From positions 32,001 to 96,000 of the forward strand of contig CAXXWC010000006.1 of the NCBI GenBank assembly GCA_963668645.2: DNA of 64,000 nt. The letters run 5' to 3'. Below are positions 58,814 to 64,000 of the stretch, one piece after another. Source of the stretch: Desulfobacterales bacterium. Lineage in GTDB: Bacteria; Desulfobacterota; Desulfobacteria; Desulfobacterales; UBA2174. The position numbers and the translations under genes are program-made. Within the stretch, counting starts at the first letter, position 1. Each line of letters opens with the position of its first letter. Below the pieces are notes generated by a model. The model had not been told where the DNA came from. It did no database searches and was given only the letters and a program-made list of their open reading frames with translations.

Positions 58814-61420
58814 ATGGAGGATAAATTACGTATGGAATATTCGATCATAGGCCAGAAATCTTATTGGATTTCTCTTTTTCCTGTTAACGCCCGCTTTTCG
58901 GCTGGGCTGACGCTTAGCATGACCTTACTGCTTGTAGCTACCATGGGTTTTTGCACACCAGTATTCAGCTTCGACGTCAACCCTATGGTGCGCTTAGAAC
59001 CAGGCTTCACAGAGCAGCGGGTTACCGGAAATATTCTCCGGGATGAATGGGTGAAGAAAAAAGATGACTCGGGCATCTGTTGGGAGGGGAAATTATGGAC
59101 GTTTTACGTTTTCCATTCGATCGACAGCCCAAAGTTGTCATGCATTAAAAACGGCATTTTTATTCCCCATAATGCCTACAACATAGAGAATCCCAAAGTA
59201 GTCATTGACGCCTCCTGCGGTAGAGAAACCAAGCATCCTCCTGCTATTGTCCGAATTTATCAACCCAATAGGCCGGGGGATTTAAAATTTGATTTCCAGG
59301 CGAAGGATGTGCCCGCCGAAGGAGCCAACCAGATCATCCGGCCCGAACACTTTTATATTAGCGGGAAAACGGTGAGATCACTTGTAACTGTTCTGTCTAA
59401 AAAGGGGAGAAAAGACATCATTTCCTTTATTATCGTCAGTGGGAATAAAGGCGTGGCACGCGAACCGTTGCCCACTGCACAGTCTATGATACTGAACGAG
59501 CTGCCTCGTGTGATTGCAAGAACGGAGCCGTCGGTATTGCCACAGAAGCCCACGACAATGCGCCGCAGAAAGCAGGACCCGGTAATCGGGGGGCACCCAA
59601 TTCAGCAGTTAGCTTCTCTCCCTTCGCACGATACGAACAACGAACAAAGGTTAGATCCGGTTTGGAAGAGTCCTTCCGTAATGACCGACGACTTTTTGGT
59701 CTTTCAGTCCCGCGAGAGCAATGCGCAGCGCGAAGCGATTCTTGCACAAGCCCGCTATAAAGCTAAACTGCATCTGCTCGCCGGACGGTGCCGACATACG
59801 GCTCAGCTGTTAGCCCTAAACCAGAAAGACATTGTCACGGGGGCGTCATCCGAGGCATTGGCGGAGCGTATCAGTACAAGCTCCCAAGCGTTGGAAGAAA
59901 GCATGGCGCAATTGAGTAAGAATATCGATAAAGCGATATCCGCATTATCTGAACGCGCCGGGTGGGAGGCTCCGCCGCTTTCGATAGTCCGGCAACGAGC
60001 CTATATCGACCTGCAGAGCATCGCGACAGACACTGAGCCGGAATTTGCCCTCTTACAGCAGGCTATGTCGCAAGCAGCCTACACTTCCTATATCGCCGGA
60101 AACATAGCCACATCTTCGGCCCGGAGGGTGGGTGCGGTAGTGCCGGTGCCACTATCTATCAATCAGGGGGGCATGATGTTTTGCCGTGAAGGTAAGCAGG
60201 TGATGAAACGGCTGTTCGCAACTGGACTGTATTCCGTTAACATGACGTTCAAAGACGAAAAAATAAGCATCTCCAGCGGTAGCAAAAATGAAGTTATTGA
60301 AAGTAACGTGCGGCTGCTTAATGACAACAGTGCCACTGAACAGTTGCTGCTCCCCGACATAGGAATACCGGAGAGAGACCATGCCGGCTTGCTCCCCTGC
60401 GAAGAGAGCAAAAACGGCGAGTGGGACAATTTTGTTGAGGCCGACAAGCAGTTGTTAATGATAATCCAAAACTTCAGTGCCCAACAGGAGGTTGACAGAA
60501 AGGTTTATCAACAACGCAGTCAATTTCTGCAGGAAAGGATCTCCGGATTAGAGACATTCCGGACAACGTGGAATAGTCTGGGGAAACGGATCTCTTCGGA
60601 GCGGGATCGATTGTGTGGACAACTCTGCGGTGATTATACCGGGAGCAGGGTGCCAATCAGCGTCACCACAGCAAAATTGGATGATCATACTGATGTTTTA
60701 CAGAAAGCGATTACCGAGACACCGTTCACGGTTGTGGTCAAGTTTAATGCCATGCAGCGAGACATCCCCTTCATAGTTGACGAGGCTGGCAGGCAACTTG
60801 TCACATCTCAATTGGAGTCCTTGCTCGATGTGCTGATAGGCCCGGATGCACTGGACATCGTCAAGGGGGCCAAGTTCATCCGCCAAGAACTCACCCCCAT
60901 CGCTTTGGTGGCCCTAGGCAGTGGTTACCAGGGACTGGCCAAACTGGTTTACCGACTCGAACTGTTGGATCCGTTGCCACTTTGTGGCGATCGTAATTTC
61001 ATGCAACGTATCGGCCTGATCGAAATGGGTTCTACTCCAGAAGGCTACACCACATTCCGTGATTTCCTCACACGGCAGGAATGGATGGTAGTTGGCATGG
61101 GTAACAAAGGCTACGGCTTTTCTTTGGATGACGCAGAGGCTTTTGTCAATCTGCGGAACGACGGGTGGAGGCTACCGAAAGTCGAAGAAATCAGCGAGCT
61201 CAGGAGTTCCGACTTGTATCGGCTTATGAAGCGGGACATCCAGGCTGTGAACAGGCCATTCTGGACTGGTTCGACACGTAACGCCGAACAACGTGGTTTC
61301 TGTTTCATCTCCTGCCGTCAACGCAACCGCACCTACGCGGAACAAGCTACTGAGTTCGCGGCTGGTGAAAACCTTGCGCTGATACTTCTTCGTTCTACCA
61401 AAGCAGGAGAAAACAAATGA
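58814..61420 (+). CDS. Large hypothetical exported protein with a C-terminal DUF1566/Lcl-like domain (start uncertain)
   Basis: 868-aa ORF; hydrophobic leader; helical middle; C-terminal D..T...W, GWRLPKVEEISEL, FWTGS. Confidence 0.65.
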   Translation: MEDKLRMEYSIIGQKSYWISLFPVNARFSAGLTLSMTLLLVATMGFCTPVFSFDVNPMVRLEPGFTEQRVTGNILRDEWVKKKDDSGICWEGKLWTFYVFHSIDSPKLSCIKNGIFIPHNAYNIENPKVVIDASCGRETKHPPAIVRIYQPNRPGDLKFDFQAKDVPAEGANQIIRPEHFYISGKTVRSLVTVLSKKGRKDIISFIIVSGNKGVAREPLPTAQSMILNELPRVIARTEPSVLPQKPTTMRRRKQDPVIGGHPIQQLASLPSHDTNNEQRLDPVWKSPSVMTDDFLVFQSRESNAQREAILAQARYKAKLHLLAGRCRHTAQLLALNQKDIVTGASSEALAERISTSSQALEESMAQLSKNIDKAISALSERAGWEAPPLSIVRQRAYIDLQSIATDTEPEFALLQQAMSQAAYTSYIAGNIATSSARRVGAVVPVPLSINQGGMMFCREGKQVMKRLFATGLYSVNMTFKDEKISISSGSKNEVIESNVRLLNDNSATEQLLLPDIGIPERDHAGLLPCEESKNGEWDNFVEADKQLLMIIQNFSAQQEVDRKVYQQRSQFLQERISGLETFRTTWNSLGKRISSERDRLCGQLCGDYTGSRVPISVTTAKLDDHTDVLQKAITETPFTVVVKFNAMQRDIPFIVDEAGRQLVTSQLESLLDVLIGPDALDIVKGAKFIRQELTPIALVALGSGYQGLAKLVYRLELLDPLPLCGDRNFMQRIGLIEMGSTPEGYTTFRDFLTRQEWMVVGMGNKGYGFSLDDAEAFVNLRNDGWRLPKVEEISELRSSDLYRLMKRDIQAVNRPFWTGSTRNAEQRGFCFISCRQRNRTYAEQATEFAAGENLALILLRSTKAGENK
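58982..59298 (+). repeat. 317-bp direct repeat, copy 1
   Basis: Colinear with 61543-61859 (offset 2561); 59001-59123 is identical to 61562-61684. Confidence 0.95.
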
Positions 61421-63999
61421 TCCGACTTTGTAATAATTTGCTTCGCTTCTTTCACTATACGATCCTGCTGACCATGTTAAGCGAAACAATTTTGCTTGGA
61501 GTTGCTACTACAGGTTGCGCATCGGAAGCCATCAGGGTCACTCCCATGGTGCGGCTACAGTCAGGCTTCACAGAGCAGCGGGTTACCGGAAATATTCTCC
61601 GGGATGAATGGGTGAAGAAAAAAGATGACTCGGGCATCTGTTGGGAGGGGAAATTATGGACGTTTTACGTTTTCCATTCGATCGGCAGTTCAAAGTTGTC
61701 ATGCATGAAAAACGGCATTTTTATTCCCCATAATGCCTGCAACGGAGAGAATCCCAAAGTAGTCATTGACGCCTCCTGTGGTAGAGAAACTAAGCATCCT
61801 CCTGCTATTGTCCGCATTTGCCAGCGACATAGGCCGGGTGATTTAAAGTTCGATTTCCATGAAAAGACGCTGCCCCAAGGGGGATCCAGCCTAACATTAA
61901 AGGCCGAACATTTTGTATTAAACAATCATGCGTCAAGGTCACTCCATGCGATTCTGCAAAATATTAATGGAAAAAAGATACTATATTTTTTATTAAATTA
62001 CGAAGAAGAAAAAGAAAAAGAAAAATTAAGGAGTGATACCTTGGCACAATCTTCACAAATTTCTTCGGCAAATATAAACGAGTTGAATAGTTTCTTTCCC
62101 TTGTTGGGTCGCGACCTGTTCGTCGAGACCTACTCAGATGACACTAACCCACCTTCAGGGCGAGGGGTAATCTGGCCTGATCCAAGAAATCCCCTCAATT
62201 GGGTTGACGCACAGCAGCCCCCTCCACACCACATCAATTTACACTCCGCACTGGGTGTAATGCGGTGCATGTCCGCTGAAGGTTTAGCATGGAAAAATCT
62301 TTATCTTGCAAATTGTTTCGATAAGGTCAAACTACCAGCTGGCATGGACGATCACCACATCTTCTTGACATTTAAACAGAAAGCACAAGATCCATCCACT
62401 GTCATCAAGAGTTATCAAGGTGGAGAAAAGGAAAAGATCATCCAATTACCGCGAATTACTAGTGGCCGTTGGGAGGTAAAGGACCTAAGGTTAGCCTCTC
62501 CTCTTAGCGGGACATTCCCAACACGCGAGGCCACAACCGTAAGATATAACCTGGATGATTTCGTTAAGCCTGGCACTTACCCGGTAGCCAGTGAGCAGAA
62601 GCAGCGTGTATTTACCGTTAAATTCACCGCCCCCTATCAAACCGTTCTTGAGGTAAATAATTCAAGAACAGAAGCGGTTCAAATACTGGTTTTTGATGAA
62701 AGGAATGAACAGGCCTTACAATTCCATGCAGGGGAATACCAATTGCACGCCTACTTGGAAGGGCATGACGTATTTAATGGCTCGTTATCGATTGAACCAA
62801 TTAGTAAAAACTATTTAGTACCTCGAATCACCTTTAATTCAAATGACTACACTGGTTCCCCTAAAATAAAAATAGATCTGAAACGCACGAAATTTATAGA
62901 CACGCGTAGCCCAATCATTATAGACCTTTCGAAAAATCAATTCATAGCACATTCTGGCGTTCCTCTGACTAATTTTTACGTTCGGTTCAATCATGAGGGT
63001 TTTAGTGAACCAAAATTCGATATTCCGGTCAGCGCAAAGCTAAATTCCATCTCCGCTTTAACGAACTACAGGAACATTCTCTTGCATGACGATACTCAAC
63101 GATTTCAATTTCCAAACCAAACTAACAACACAACGATTCTACCGCTGCACTCCCTACTACAGCCACCCCAAGTAGCAGTCACGGTTTCTTTAAGGGAAAT
63201 ACATCAGAGCAGTTTTGTTCAAAATAACTTTTATGACGGTGATTGGAGCCCCCCTATTAAAGCGGAAGAAAGATATACAGCCTGGATACCTACAGAAAAT
63301 TCAGGATATGACTCACCTGCCACCATAGCTTTCAATATCCGAGCGTGCACCGCAGATTCGAGAATGCTCTACTCGGCCTCTGTGCCCTCACAATTATTGC
63401 CCGATGTTCTGGGAGGACCTATCAATCCTAATTGGCAACTTACACCAGTTCCGGAAAACACCTTGGTCTTTCTTAGTGGGGACAGCGCAACATCTAATTC
63501 GAAATTGGAAACTGACAAAAAAGATTTTTTTAAAAGTGCAGCAAAAGCTATGCAAGAGCACCAACGACGCCAACAAAGTATTAATGAAGCAACAGTCGTT
63601 TATGGCATGGGAGTGGATGGCCAATTTCGACAATACCAACCTGGAAAAGTAGAGGTGCTCCCAACGGAGTACGGTGGGATGCAAAATTTGGATCAGGCCC
63701 TGAGCTCAGCCCTATCATCTTTGAGCTTTACTGCTCGAACAGCAGGGCAGAACGATAACCCGTGTGGTACCACATTCCGCCTTATCTACTTTGGCTATGC
63801 GCCAAGCTTGAGTACCAGCAAAGTACCGGAAACCTTCAACAGGGTGGATGTAGTAACTCCGGCCGAGGAGAATCCATCGCAGTTCCTGCAATCATCACGA
63901 TTCAAAGTGTCTGTTGTAGACAGCGAACAATCTATAATTGATCGATTGGATACACTATTGCCAGTTGAAAAAGATGGAGGGGATAAGAATGGCAATTGA
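61417..63999 (+). CDS. Large hypothetical exported protein
   Basis: 860-aa ORF; ATGA overlap with the upstream gene; AGGAG RBS; hydrophobic leader ending TTGC (possible lipobox). Confidence 0.7.
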   Translation: MIRLCNNLLRFFHYTILLTMLSETILLGVATTGCASEAIRVTPMVRLQSGFTEQRVTGNILRDEWVKKKDDSGICWEGKLWTFYVFHSIGSSKLSCMKNGIFIPHNACNGENPKVVIDASCGRETKHPPAIVRICQRHRPGDLKFDFHEKTLPQGGSSLTLKAEHFVLNNHASRSLHAILQNINGKKILYFLLNYEEEKEKEKLRSDTLAQSSQISSANINELNSFFPLLGRDLFVETYSDDTNPPSGRGVIWPDPRNPLNWVDAQQPPPHHINLHSALGVMRCMSAEGLAWKNLYLANCFDKVKLPAGMDDHHIFLTFKQKAQDPSTVIKSYQGGEKEKIIQLPRITSGRWEVKDLRLASPLSGTFPTREATTVRYNLDDFVKPGTYPVASEQKQRVFTVKFTAPYQTVLEVNNSRTEAVQILVFDERNEQALQFHAGEYQLHAYLEGHDVFNGSLSIEPISKNYLVPRITFNSNDYTGSPKIKIDLKRTKFIDTRSPIIIDLSKNQFIAHSGVPLTNFYVRFNHEGFSEPKFDIPVSAKLNSISALTNYRNILLHDDTQRFQFPNQTNNTTILPLHSLLQPPQVAVTVSLREIHQSSFVQNNFYDGDWSPPIKAEERYTAWIPTENSGYDSPATIAFNIRACTADSRMLYSASVPSQLLPDVLGGPINPNWQLTPVPENTLVFLSGDSATSNSKLETDKKDFFKSAAKAMQEHQRRQQSINEATVVYGMGVDGQFRQYQPGKVEVLPTEYGGMQNLDQALSSALSSLSFTARTAGQNDNPCGTTFRLIYFGYAPSLSTSKVPETFNRVDVVTPAEENPSQFLQSSRFKVSVVDSEQSIIDRLDTLLPVEKDGGDKNGN
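61543..61859 (+). repeat. 317-bp direct repeat, copy 2
   Basis: See 58982-59298. Confidence 0.95.
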
Positions 64000-64000
64000 C

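Noticed and set aside
58982..61859. 317-bp repeat as a DGR template/variable repeat pair
   Set aside because: Mismatches include C/T and T/G changes rather than being adenine-specific, both copies are N-terminal and coding, and no reverse transcriptase is seen.

Overview
GC-rich bacterial chromosomal window. The gene set and repeat style suggest an anaerobic deltaproteobacterium, probably Desulfobacterales-like (inference). It is dense in catabolic and transport loci. In order: the 3' end of a Dpp/Opp ABC operon with an M20 amidohydrolase; a TAXI receptor; an AmmeMemoRadiSam radical SAM gene; phoBR-DHFR-plsY; a ZIP transporter; a sigma-54 4-hydroxybutyrate operon (abfD, cat2); a decayed XRE/liv/M20 pseudogene block next to a MITE; a flavocytochrome-c-type flavoprotein; a sigma-54 TRAP + HisD/HpsN-like operon; ubiG/ubiE; a long Hut-like cluster; a split ADP-forming acyl-CoA ligase; a TonB receptor + ECF transporter + TiaS-like module; and an AT-richer island at the right end with two large tandem secreted proteins sharing a near-identical N-terminal block. 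The best candidate for an undescribed system is the Hut-like cluster (34.5-46 kb). It has no histidase, its HutU and HutI paralogues carry substitutions at normally conserved active-site positions, and it runs on into an SSS transporter, a two-subunit aconitase X, a LarA-family racemase and a D-2-hydroxyacid dehydrogenase. This points to catabolism of a non-histidine imidazole compound (inference). No tRNA, rRNA or CRISPR array was recognised. Family assignments rest on motif recognition only; no database search was run.
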